Under the pieces are notes generated by a model. It made no database searches and was not told the DNA's origin. It was given only the letters and a program-made list of their open reading frames with translations. From Octopus bimaculoides (lineage: Eukaryota), in assembly GCF_001194135.2 (NCBI RefSeq), contig NC_068993.1, positions 21,788,094 through 21,852,093 of the forward strand: a DNA stretch of 64,000 bases. Direction: 5' to 3'. A program made the position numbers and the translations under genes. Within the stretch, counting starts at the first letter, position 1. Every line of letters begins with the position of its first letter. This document shows positions 42,865 to 54,477 of this stretch, one piece after another.

Positions 42865-43390
42865 TGATTTCAAATGTTGGCTCAAGGCCAGCAATTTCAG
42901 GGGGAGGAGTTTAGTCAGTTACATCGATCCCAGCGCTCAACTGGAACTTAGTTTATCGACACAGAAAGGATAAAAGGCATAGTCGACCTCGGCAGAACTT
43001 AAACTTACAACGTGAAGATCGACGAAATACCGTTAAGCTTTTAACCCGGCTTGCTACTGATTCTGCTTGCTCGCCACCTTAATCATGTTATAAATATTGC
43101 AACCTATGTTTTATATTTCATGATATATAATTTCATGACTTTACCAAAATTTACCTCTATATACTTCATGAGACACTCTATATTATTTTCTAATCTAGGT
43201 ACAAGGCCCAAAAAGTTTGGGGAGGGGGCCAGTCGATTTCATCGACCCCAGTACACAGCTAGTGCCTAATTTAGCGACCCCGAAAGGTAAAGCCGACCTC
43301 GGCGCAATTTGAACTCAGAACGTAAAGACAGACGAAATACCGCTAAGCATTTCGGCCGGCGTGCTAACGTTTCTGCCAGCTCGCCGCCTT
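42865..43390 (-). mobile_element. Two SINE family B copies, reverse orientation
   Basis: Copies at about 42865-43080 and 43188-43390 end in ctcgccacctt and ctcgccgcctt, the reverse complement of the head. Confidence 0.85.
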
Positions 43391-43504
43391 ATAAGGCACT
43401 CTATATTACTACAGTGACAATCTTTTTCTTTCTTGCCTCCGTTTATCATGCGTTAAGTTCATCGATAACATTCTGACTGTGTCATGCTATAGTCTTCTAT
43501 AATA

Positions 43505-43735
43505 ATATTGTTGTTGTTGGCACTCCGTCGGTTACAACGACGAGGGATCCAGTTGATCCGATCAACGGANNNNNNNNNNTGTTGGCACTCCGTCGGTTAC
43601 AACGACGAGGGATCCAGTTGATCCGATCAACGGAACAGCCTGCTCGTGAAATTAACGTGCAAGTGGCTGAGCACTCCACAGACACACGTACCCTTAACAT
43701 AGTTCTCGGGGAGATTCAGCGTGACACACTGGGCT
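43505..43735 (-). mobile_element. SINE family C, 3' portion with an (AAC)n tail
   Basis: Inverted match to 24.6-24.8 kb. The tail is visible as ttgttgttgttgg on the + strand. Confidence 0.75.
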
Positions 43736-45065
43736 ATTGCGCCTCCGTAATAGTACTGATATCTTGTATATAAAACACAACCAACCAGTATGACAAAGAG
43801 ATATATGACACCTTTATAAATTGTCACATCAAAAAGTATGTACGTTTAATACTATCTACTAACAGAGGCACAATGAATGAGAGAGAGATGGGGGAGGGAG
43901 ACAGACAGACAGAGTGACAGGGAAAGAGAAGTGAATTTTTTCGCGCATTCTTTGAAATGCACATTGAACAACCAGAAAATCTTTTGCTTGTGTGGATATC
44001 AGTACATTTGTTCTCATCATGAATTCATTGAATTAAGAACTGGGGATATTAAAATAAAGTACTGACACAGCATGAGAAATGCGTATATGGTCAATAGGCA
44101 TATATTTAGCCTGTCTATATATGTTGTCGCTGAGGAGATCGAAAAGGAGTGAGAAACTTTCTTGACACTTTCCATCACTTATCTGTATCAGCTACACTGG
44201 ATACATAGATCCATCCATCCATCCATCCATCCATCCATCCATCCATCCATACATACATACACACACATATATATANNNNNNNNNNNNNNNNNNNNNNNNN
44301 NNNNNNNNNNNNNNNNNNNNNNNNNNNNNNNNNNNNNNNACATATATACATACATACGTATATACATACATATATATATTCATACATATATACACATATA
44401 AATATACACATATATATTTACCTATATATGTGTGTGTGTGTGTATATAGATATGTATATATATATATATAAAAATGAGAATGTGTCTGTACATATATATA
44501 TATGCAGAGGTATAAACACACGCACACAAACACACGCACACAAACATACTTATATATATATATATATTTATAGATAGATAGATAGATAGATAGAGAGTTA
44601 GATAAATTAGCTGTGTGCATATATAACTATAAATCAATTCACCAACTCTAACAATTTCTGAGACTAAGATGTTTTGCCTGGAAGGAGGTAATATCTAAAA
44701 GTATATACACCTCACTAGACATCAATCAAATTAAGAACAGTTATGGAATAATGTGACACACCAAATGAAGAGGAAATGTTCAAATATTCGCTTGCGTTTA
44801 TGTTGCAACATTATATTTATTAATCTCGTTCTACATTCATTTAGTTGTGATTCGTATTTCCTTCAAATAAGAAATCTAAATTCGTCGGCAGTCAATCACT
44901 GCCTAATATGTTTTCTCTTTAAACTGTCCTCACATTCTTTAAAACAAGACATGATCATCGCTTAGCCAAAAGTATCAAAGTGATTTATAGCTTATGCAGG
45001 TGTGGATATTTATGTAAATATGTATATATGTTTATATATATACATATTTGTTGTAAGTGTATTTA

Positions 45066-45127
<62 letters not shown>

Positions 45128-45159
45128 AGACACACAAATACAAACACAAATACACAATT

Positions 45160-45345
45160 TTCTACTCTAGGCACAAAGCCCAAAATTGTAGGGGTGGGGG
45201 CCAGTCGATTAGATCGACCCTAGTACGCAACTAGTACTTCATCTATCGATCCCGAAAGGATGAAAGGCAACGATGACCTCGGCGGAATTTGAACTGGGAG
45301 CGAAAAGAGAGACGAAATAACGCTAAGCATTTCGCCCGGCGTGAT
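45160..45345 (-). mobile_element. SINE family B, reverse orientation
   Basis: Contains ctaggcacaaagccc...gtcgattagatcgaccc...gacgaaataacgctaagcatttcgcccggcgtg. Confidence 0.85.
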
Positions 45346-45509
45346 AAACACACACACATGTATAAAGGCAAAATCAATAGAAGTCACAAAACTGACAGAG
45401 TGTACTGACTAGCACCGCTTTTGTTAAATGTAAGCGTTAAACTAATTCAAACGTTTGTGGCTTTGAGTTAATTTAACCCTTACATTTAGCAAAAGTGGTG
45501 CTAGCCCTC

Positions 45510-45880
45510 TGACACCTTTGTGACTTATATTAACTGGAGCACCACCTTTAGTCCAACAAATCAACCCCAGTACTTATTCTATCGATCTTTTTTGCCGAAC
45601 CGCTAAGTTACGGGGAGGTCAACACACCAGCATCGGTTGTCAAGCTATGTTGGGGGGACAAACACAGACACACAAACATATACACACACACACATACATA
45701 TATGCATATACATATACGACGGGCTTCTTTCAGTTTCCGTCTACCAAATCCACTCACAAGGCTTTACTCGGCCCGAAGCTATAGTAGAAGACACTTGCCC
45801 ACGGTGCCACGGAGTGGGACTGAACCCGGAGCCATGTGGTTCGTAAGCAAGCTACGTCCCACACAGCCACTCCTACGCCT
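45510..45880 (-). mobile_element. SINE family A, reverse orientation
   Basis: Reverse complement of the family A consensus (gacgggcttctttcagtttccgtctacc, gaagacacttgccc, gtgggactgaacccgg). Confidence 0.85.
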
Positions 45881-47088
45881 ATACATACGTATGTATGTAT
45901 ATATGTGTGTGTGTGAATGTGTATGTATCTTCTCTATTTCATCAATTATATTCTTTCTTTGAAGTTGGAGCTGGTTTCTAACAAAGATACAAGGCTCTAT
46001 CTTTGGAATGTAGATAACGTAAACAAAGTCACATTTTAAACCAGAGAAGTCTTGTATAGTTTTACTGTTCCACCTACAGATATTAGTTGTAATGTCCGAA
46101 TGAGTTAGTTGATGTCTTTTTCTGAAAACCTTATCAGATCGCTTACTGGTGTTGTGTTGCTAATTTCAGCCATAATCGTGGTGGAGAAATTCCACGTGGT
46201 ATAACATATATGTTTAAAATCCAGTCTGAATAACGCTATGTTAGTAGGTAAAGGGATTTTCTCTTATTTACAATAGGAGAAATAAACTAGTTACTGATTT
46301 AAGCTGGAGGAATCGCAATAAATATAGAAGGGAACGTTAAGAAAAAGTACGTCTGATGTTGAGGGTGACATCTTGTATGTATGTGTGTATGTATGTATGT
46401 ATGTATGTATGTATGTATGTATGTATGTACGACTCTATGTATGTATATATTATGAATGTATGTATGATTGCAAATACATATACACAGCCTTGCAGGTGAG
46501 AGAAAGCTGGATTGCTATTTTTACAACTAGCTGCATACGTTTGCTTCATTTAACCTTCAAATGGAAATGTTAATTTTGCTACGAGCAACATATATTTAAA
46601 TAGCACCTGTTGCTTTCAATTTGTGTGATTAAAATAACATAATAAATGGTAATGCTGATTGCTCGTTGCCGATATACTGTATCTTAGGCAGATCAACGCA
46701 AACTGATTTAAGCTATACGTAAAAAGGAGACTCAAACTGTGTACAACATACTCAGGAAATAGTGGCCATATAAATACCACTTTCTTTTCTTTGATGAACA
46801 GCATTTCTCTTCTCAATACGCAGCATCTGTTTTGGTTGTCATTCATTATGGCAACTTGTCTACATTAAGTTATTGGCTTATGAGCGTAGAGAGACCACAG
46901 CTGCTATGCATATTGGTTAGAGCAACCAAACACCAGTCACTTAGATAATAAATTAGCATTTCACCTATTTTCAGTAAGCCGCTGTTCTCTTGTACATATA
47001 ATTAATTACAGCAATTGCAGTTTGTATTCATCGTCAATAAATTGTTCTTTTTCTTTTCTTATTTTTTACAGATTAAAAGGAACCCATA

Positions 47089-47230
47089 ATGAGTGGCTTG
47101 AGTCCCTTCAGTTTGTTAATTTTTATTTTCATCTACTGTCTCACGGTATATGCTGCAACAGCTATGAGCCTGGCTCAGGCATGTATGGAATCACCCAGTA
47201 TGTGCGAAAGTATCTCGCTTTCTCATTTAA
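47089..47230 (+). CDS. FMRFa: FMRFamide precursor, first coding exon (signal peptide plus Cys-containing N-terminal propeptide)
   Basis: Acceptor ttcttttcttattttttacag ends at 47071 and the ATG is at 47089. Translation MSGLSPFSLLIFIFIYCLTVYAATAMSLAQACMESPSMCESISLSHL has a hydrophobic signal core. The donor AA|GTGAGT at 47230/47231 is phase 1, matching the downstream exon. It resembles decapod cephalopod FMRFamide N-termini as I recall them (SPxSLL...IYCL...LAQACxES). Confidence 0.85.
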
Positions 47231-47374
47231 GTGAGTATCGTTTTTTGACTTCACTCTGTTTTGCTTTTCCACAATCACAGAATTGATCAGTCAATTTACG
47301 TGTATACATACACACACGCCGCTAACACCAGCAACATTGATAATTTCTTAATTTGGGTTTGATATCTTGTTTAC

Positions 47375-47473
<99 letters not shown>

Positions 47474-47522
47474 TGTGTATACATGCATATCTATATATAA
47501 TATATATATATATATGTATGTA
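47375..47522. repeat. (TA)n/(TG)n microsatellite just downstream of the signal-peptide exon
   Basis: Direct reading. The mariner inserted at its 3' edge. Confidence 0.95.
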
Positions 47523-47524
47523 TA

Positions 47525-49011
47525 TTGGGTCGTCCCATAAACTATGCAGGCTTTTTTATACTTCTTATGTATTTCAAAATTAAGATAAACCAAGTTATTT
47601 TTTAATCTAAAATATACTCTCCTTCATTTTCTACAAAGCTCTTCAATCTATCTGGTAGACCTCACGGCCCCCACTTCCAAAATTCACTTGTCCATGACGA
47701 AAAATACACCTCCACTACTGTTCTGACGCCGTCTACAGATTTCAGATTGTTCCCATCCGAATGATTTTGATGAGAGAGGAATAAATGTTAATCACATCAA
47801 GAAAAAATGGGTAGTGGGGAATCAAACTACTCCAGCCTTTGGAATGTCATCTTCGCTGTATGTAGCCGAACATTATCCTGATAGAAGAACATATTTCGTC
47901 TTGAAACGAAAGATGGTTGTTTTTCTTCTAGTGCTGACTTAAGCCTCTCAAGATGCTCGCATTAGAACTCCTTAGCTAATGTTTGGTTTGGGTTTAAAAG
48001 TTGAAAGTGAACTAAAAATTTTCATGTTCCACCAAACAGCTAACAACACCTTACGTGTGGGAAGACATTCTTTATCCTTGGAGGCGGTGTTTCTCCTTTC
48101 CCTACCCACTGTCTTCGGCACTAGACATTTTTCTAGAGAACCCATTTCTCGTTACCAGTCACTATTTGATCCAAAAATAGGTTCATCCGTGAGACGTGAC
48201 AGCAAAGAAGAGCACATATTCACTCTTTATGCACGATCAGACACCGAAATTTTGTGAGGAACCCATTGACCTAATTTGCTGACTTTACCTTTTCTGCTCT
48301 AGGGACAAGGCTCGAAATTTTGGGGGAGAGCAGGCCAGTCAACTAGATCGACCCCAGTATGCAACTGCTACTTAATTTATCGACCCCGAAAAGATGAAAG
48401 ACAAAGTTGACCTCGGCGGAATTTGGGTTAAGGAACGTAAAGACAGACGAAATACCGCTAAGCATTTTGCCCGGCGTGCTAAAGTTTCTGACACCTCCCC
48501 GCCTTAAATTTACTGACTTTTCCGATGGCATACAAATGTCGATGAACAGTTGAATGACAAAATCCAAACTTCCTGCCAGCTAGTTCTTCAAAAGTTGCGA
48601 CGGCATTTTGTTCCACCAGTTTTTGCGGGACGTACTTGTCGAGCTCTACAGATCTACCAGGACGAGGTTCGTCTTATAGGCAGTTGTTTCTGGGTTAGAA
48701 TTTCTGGAACCACCGTCCATACTGACTTACGCTTATTGTCCGATCCCCATATACTGCATTAATATTCCTAGCACTTTCCGTTGCACTGTTTCCTTTCTTG
48801 AAATCATAAGCGAAATATGCCGAATATGCTTCTATGTAAATTCAATTATAGATTTCACAAAAGTAACTGTTTAAATCGAACTGCACTCTTCAAAACTTGC
48901 AATAAGATTAAGTCTAAAGTGAAATGATTACCTGCTTTTATAGCGAGTTTGTCCCCCTCCGTCTTTTAGTTCATGCAATAAAAAAACACCATTATTTATG
49001 GGCTGACCCAA
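47525..49011 (-). mobile_element. Full-length decayed mariner DNA transposon with a nested SINE
   Basis: Imperfect TIRs ttgggtcgtcccataa (47525) and ttatgggctgacccaa (ending 49011) are each flanked by TA. The minus strand gives KEHIRHI, KKGNSATESARNINAVYG, DEPRPGR, GKVSKLGQWVPH (WVPH at 48254-65), VLLAVWW and YFSSWTSEFWK. About 1.26 kb remains after the SINE is removed. Confidence 0.9.
48290..48505 (-). mobile_element. SINE family B inserted in the mariner, with an 18-bp target-site duplication
   Basis: Flanked by taatttgctgactttacc (48272-89) and aaatttactgacttttcc (48506-23), which match at 15 of 18 positions. The transposase segment GKVSK is duplicated. Confidence 0.9.
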
Positions 49012-49210
49012 TATATATACATACACACACACATACANNNNNNNNNNNNNNNNNNNNNNNNNNNNNNNNNNNNNNNNNNNNNNNNNNNNNNNNNNNNNNN
49101 NNNNNNNNNNNNNNNNNNNNNNNNNNNNNNNNNNNNNNNNNNNNNNNNNNNNNNNNNNNNNNNNNNNNNNNNNNNNNNNNNNNNNNNNNNNNNNNNNNNN
49201 NNNNNNNNNN

Positions 49211-49241
<31 letters not shown>

Positions 49242-50264
49242 GAGAGAGAGAAGGGGGAGACAGACAGGTAAACTGACAACGAGCGGTGTGTGTGTGTGTG
49301 TGTGCATTATTAAAAGGAAATTACGACCTTGACTTCGGTGCTTCACAAATATTACTTTCATTACAGAATATATTTTCTTTCAGTTCGTCTTGTGAGCAGA
49401 GTTGTTGTAAAGTAGATGTAATGCAATATTGCGTTTTGTTGCAAACAAACATGTCTTTGTGGCTGCTTTAATTTATTGTTTTGTATAAGTAAGGATTTGT
49501 AAGTATAGAAAACCGAAAAGATAAAAAAGAGAAAGCAAAGAAAAGATGGCAAAGAAAATACTGTCTAGGATGCGTCATCATCTTTGTTCAATACAGGTAG
49601 GTAAGAGATTTTAAATTGGATTCATTTGTGGAAAGAAGTTAGGAATTAGATTTATGTTAAATTTGATACTTCCGAAGCATTTATAGAAACAAAGAGGGTG
49701 AAATTCATATGTAAGAACAAGTATTATGTTTTGAGGTGAAAGTTCACGTACAAGCACAAGTTATCTTGAGCAAGACGGTCCATTTAAAAGTCCTGGATTT
49801 GTGAAATACAGTGGGATAGTAGTTTGTGATTCACATACATGCATACAAGCATGCGCGCATACACATAAACACATACACATATATGCATATATATATATAC
49901 GTCTGTGTGTATCACTCCTAACGTCTGAAATGATATATGTACGTTCATTACTAAAGTTCTCGTAAGCCGTTACACGTATATCTGCATATATACACGCAAA
50001 CATGCATACATTGTCGCTCAAACTGTAGAACTCTTTTACTCATATACATATAGAGAGGCGCATAAGCTGTTATATTATTTTCTTCATAACTTCTCTTCGG
50101 TTTCTCACCCATAGCGAAGCAGTTTTTGAAACTTGGACGATGACCATGCCGGCTATTATCTTGCGAATGAAATTGGTATGGAAGGCCTAAACTATATAGA
50201 ACACAGTCATGTGAGTGTCCGTGTGTGTATGAGCGTGTGCTATCGTTTGTGTATTTGTGTTCGT

Positions 50265-50313
<49 letters not shown>

Positions 50314-52215
50314 CCCCGACCATTTATTTTCATCGCTCAGCAAATAGCGCTGTAGAATGTTGGCATCTAGGCTATGGGAACGAAACCAAATCTGGTTGCG
50401 ATTAGGAAAACCGTAATTTAACGATGGCTGGTATGGACAAACGCTTTAGACTAATATAAATTGATAATCTTTTTACCAATGTCTCATTTAAAATGTATCG
50501 TTTGCAATATAATTTAACTACGGAGATATCTGTCAAGAAATCACTTTGGCTATTGCATCTCTGATAACACTACTAAACACAAGCGATGTTCTCTTGGCGA
50601 TCACTTTTATTGTAACCTTTAACTCAGTGTGTTAAAGATTTACGGGTTAAAAAATTTCTATCATTTCGCCTCGTTCTAGCTTTTCTTGAACAGTGCAACC
50701 ATAATTTTGTTGTTGCTGCTTTTATAGTTAATAGGAAATATCTCGCCTTCCAAGCAGAAATCACAGTAACATATTTATTCAATCGGATAACGGATCCTGT
50801 TCTAATTTACTATTTATGATTCTTATAATGATCCGCTTATTCGGCGATAATTCATCCGACAACACAGATAGGTAATGATTGCTTGGATTATGACTTCTTT
50901 ATTTATCTATTTCAGAATAATTTATTCTAATAATTTTGTCATTAGAAAATAATATAATATGGTTAGTTAACGCTATTTAAATGGGCAGTCATTATTTTCT
51001 TGTTGAGTGGATAACTCTTTACGTCGTATATCTTTTTATCAGGCCTCCCTCTTAGTATTCCTCCGTTAATGAGAATTTTTCATTCGACGAAGCTGTTAGT
51101 GTTTCTAGTTTATATACTGAACTTCCCAATGAATTTTGATGTGAATCGGTGAATGTAGAACCAGCAACGAAGCAGTGGAAAATTGTCCTTGTTCTAGAAG
51201 TCAATGTTGAGCTCTCTGCATATTTCTAATTCTTTTTTTTTTTTTGTTATCATTTAGTCGAATGTTATTTGCATGCTTACCGCTAGTTCACACATGTCCC
51301 TGTTATATTTACCCAGTTGTTAGTTTGGATATGGAAGAAGAGCATGATCTTGATATTGATGAAATGAGAAGCGTGTTTCTTAGAAGGTGGTGACTGTAAT
51401 TTAAGTACAAAATAATTCGTTTGTGCTTTCTTTATCTAGAGTTATTTCCTCTGCTTTAACCATCGAAGATAAGGTTTGATCATGACGTTTTGGATTCTCA
51501 TTGAATGTGTTCTTGCTAGAACACCATCATTTCTAATATTGTCATTCGATTAGATTTTCAAGAACGACTGAATATTTTCATGCTGAAAATGTTCGTGTTG
51601 GCGTATTTGATGTTGATAAGCTATTTATGGATCGGCAATGAGTTAAAACAAAGAACATTTTTGTTATCATTTTTTGCTGCTCAGAGACAGAAGTGTTATG
51701 AGAACCAAATTTCCCGAATAACAAGTTGTAAAAGGTTTCTCTTTATTACAATTACCAAATGGCAATTGAGAAAGCTCCGTATGAGAAGAGATGATTTTAA
51801 GGATCAAACATTTTCCAAAATTAAAATGCTATTGAAGAAAATAACAGACTTATGATTTGTAAAGAAGAAGAGAATCGCGGACATAGGATTTTGCCTGAAT
51901 TGGAGTTTCCCTAACATGTCTCCTGCAACAAAAACACATGGACGTATACAGGAGGCGTAGAACATATGTATGGCCTAAATAGTTTAACTAAAGATTATGG
52001 TATTCGTTTTGCCACGAGGATGTAGATATTTTATGGCATCCTGTGCAAATGTCATAAAGTATAGACAGAAATTGTGAAAACTTTCTCTGGTGGTTTATAA
52101 GTAGAATTCTGACGCTACAGCTTTGACAAACATTGATTGATACACGCTGATTCTTCTTTAAAACTGACGTTATGGGCACATATGCACTATCATAACGAAT
52201 ACTTATAGATGCATA

Positions 52216-52290
<75 letters not shown>

Positions 52291-53140
52291 CTTCCACTTT
52301 TTCTATCCCCAAAGGTTTATCAATGTTATCCTCTTATTTATAGATTTATATATTGTTACCAGTAGTAGACAGAGTGGATAAATCTTGTAACATACGTATC
52401 ATATATATGACAAACAGATATATTTTATTACCATCAAGACATAACATAAGATGTTGTGCGTTTGATCAATGGAATGATAATTAATTAAATGTATATGTTG
52501 TGGAAAAATCAAAATTGTGTCCATTAATAAATTTTGAAATTCTTTATGCAATTTAATGTATGTTTTGTATTTAAACGACAACTGATTACTATCTAAATTT
52601 GTGCTTTGTTTCCAATATGATTTAATACACACTTGTTTTTTTTTATTTCCTTATTACATCTTGAAGATTTTGGAGAATTTTGGTTCTGTATTTCAATATT
52701 TATTGTTCTTCAATTCTCGTAGATCACTGTCGTGATAAATTTCATTGAGACACAAATTCAAAATGAAACATGATTGCGGTAGCCCATGTACAAAGTATAA
52801 TATTTAGTCCGTACTTCAAAATATCGGTGTTGCATTTATTAGAGATGCACGATGTTTTATAATTGCGATACTAGACTTACAATTATAACTATGTACACCT
52901 TGGTGAAACGAAGAAAATGTGAAAGAATACGGAGAATAGTGGAACATTTTATGAACGCAAGCAGCTGCAGCACTGTTCTATCGTGGGGAAACCACTGGCT
53001 CACCTATCAAATTTGGTATGTATTCAGAGTGAATAATAATAAAATAATAAATCGAAATATTAACTAAATCGATGGATAGATAAGATAGGGTCGTTGATAG
53101 GTACTATGGTCCGTGAGTACTAACATATATAGGTATATAT

Positions 53141-53590
53141 AAAATTTAATAATGAGGGTAGAAATCGATATTAATCAATCAAAAGCAGTGGCCTAGCATA
53201 TTTAAAAAATCCGAAGATTAAAATTATATTACATACAAAATTAAGAGGAATGACCACCAAAAGTGGACTCCTATATGCTAGAAATAGATGCCAAATTACC
53301 TAACCTCGAAGAGTGTGTTCTCAAGAAAAAACTTTCAGCAAATCGCCAGACTGTAAAAATGAGCAATACAAATGAAAATATATGAAATGAAAAAAACGAT
53401 TAACTTACGTACCAATGGTTACACAAGTAAATATCTGCAGGATCATCAGTGTAGTCTGTCTATTACAAAATATGATTTTCAGAACTAAACACAGAACGTT
53501 CACCCCAGAGGAAGCATGTGTAAAGTTCTGCAAATTACATTCGGTGTATTTTTTGATTAATATCAATTTCTACCCTCATTATTAAATTTT
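53141..53590. repeat. 38-bp inverted repeat pair enclosing about 375 bp (MITE-like)
   Basis: aaaatttaataatgagggtagaaatcgatattaatcaa (53141-53178) matches ttgattaatatcaatttctaccctcattattaaatttt (53553-53590) with one mismatch. Confidence 0.8.
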
Positions 53591-53685
53591 TGAATAACGA
53601 TGTTCTCAAACCGGTAAATAAGCTGCAGAAATTTATCAATTGCAGAGTTATTTCCGGCCTCAGCGCGCCAGATAGGTCGTGCTAC

Positions 53686-53728
53686 TTCAGGCTGATGACG
53701 AGCAATGACTCAGAAACATGTCCCTGAA
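53686..53728 (+). ncRNA. Minimal Type I hammerhead ribozyme motif (Penelope-like-element style), sense in the FMRFamide intron
   Basis: Stem I ttcagg (53686-91) pairs with cctgaa (53723-28). The core is CTGATGA (53692-98) and GAAA (53713-16). Stem II is gag/ctc with a C-A mismatch at its base. Stem III is the palindrome ACATGT, and the cleavage triplet GTC ends at 53722. Confidence 0.75.
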
Positions 53729-54477
53729 TGCAGGCTAGGCTGGGTGGGGATGCTTGTCTCCCCCTCACAAATATAAGGACACAGAAAATGTGTAAAGGCC
53801 GATATGAAGTGGTCCAGCTTCCTAGGGCTAAATAGCGGCAGTATGATTCCCTAATAGCGACTGTAGATAGTTATATGGATGTAAGGATAGATATATAGAT
53901 AGTACGAAATAATTTCATTTAATCTCTAAGGTACATTTACTCAAGCAAAACGTACGCATTGTAATTTCAGTTATATAAATAACGTGTCAGATTTAATCAC
54001 ATCAAAACCTCTAATATGAAGAAGACTTAACTTATTAGTCAATAATATATTATAATCTAAGCCTATCATTTCCAAAGGATGTATATTAGACGAAAGTGGT
54101 ATTGTAATATCTGAGCGTTGCGGGGACAAAGGTCATAGTGGAACATAGAATTGTGAAACGAATTAGTTATAGCCCCGTAAATTATGATTCCGTATTTCTT
54201 TAACGTTGTATATATGGTGTTGATAACCTCGGTATATGTAAATAGACCTTATATAGTTATGAATATAGTAGTTGTAGTAGTATTCATAGAAAAAAAAATC
54301 TGTTTGAAACATTGTGAGATAGGGCAAGTCTCTGCGATAACAGTACAATAACAATCATACTAATATTGCTAGTGAGAACAATGCCAATAGTAATGTCAGT
54401 ACTAATAATGATGATGTTAATTATGATACATTAAGACAAATATTTATGCCTTTTTTTCTTTTCTTATCTCTTTGCAG

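Noticed and set aside
43516-43633. Exact direct repeat of about 54 bp around a 10-N gap
   Set aside because: The same assembly artefact, inside a SINE C copy.
47396-47470. (UG)n tract near the exon donor as a TDP-43/CELF splicing element
   Set aside because: (TG)n tracts occur every few kb in this window, so the proximity is uninformative.
45160-48505. Possible circRNA formation from the signal-peptide exon via flanking SINEs
   Set aside because: The nearest flanking SINE B copies are in the same orientation, and the peptide exon is terminal with no donor.
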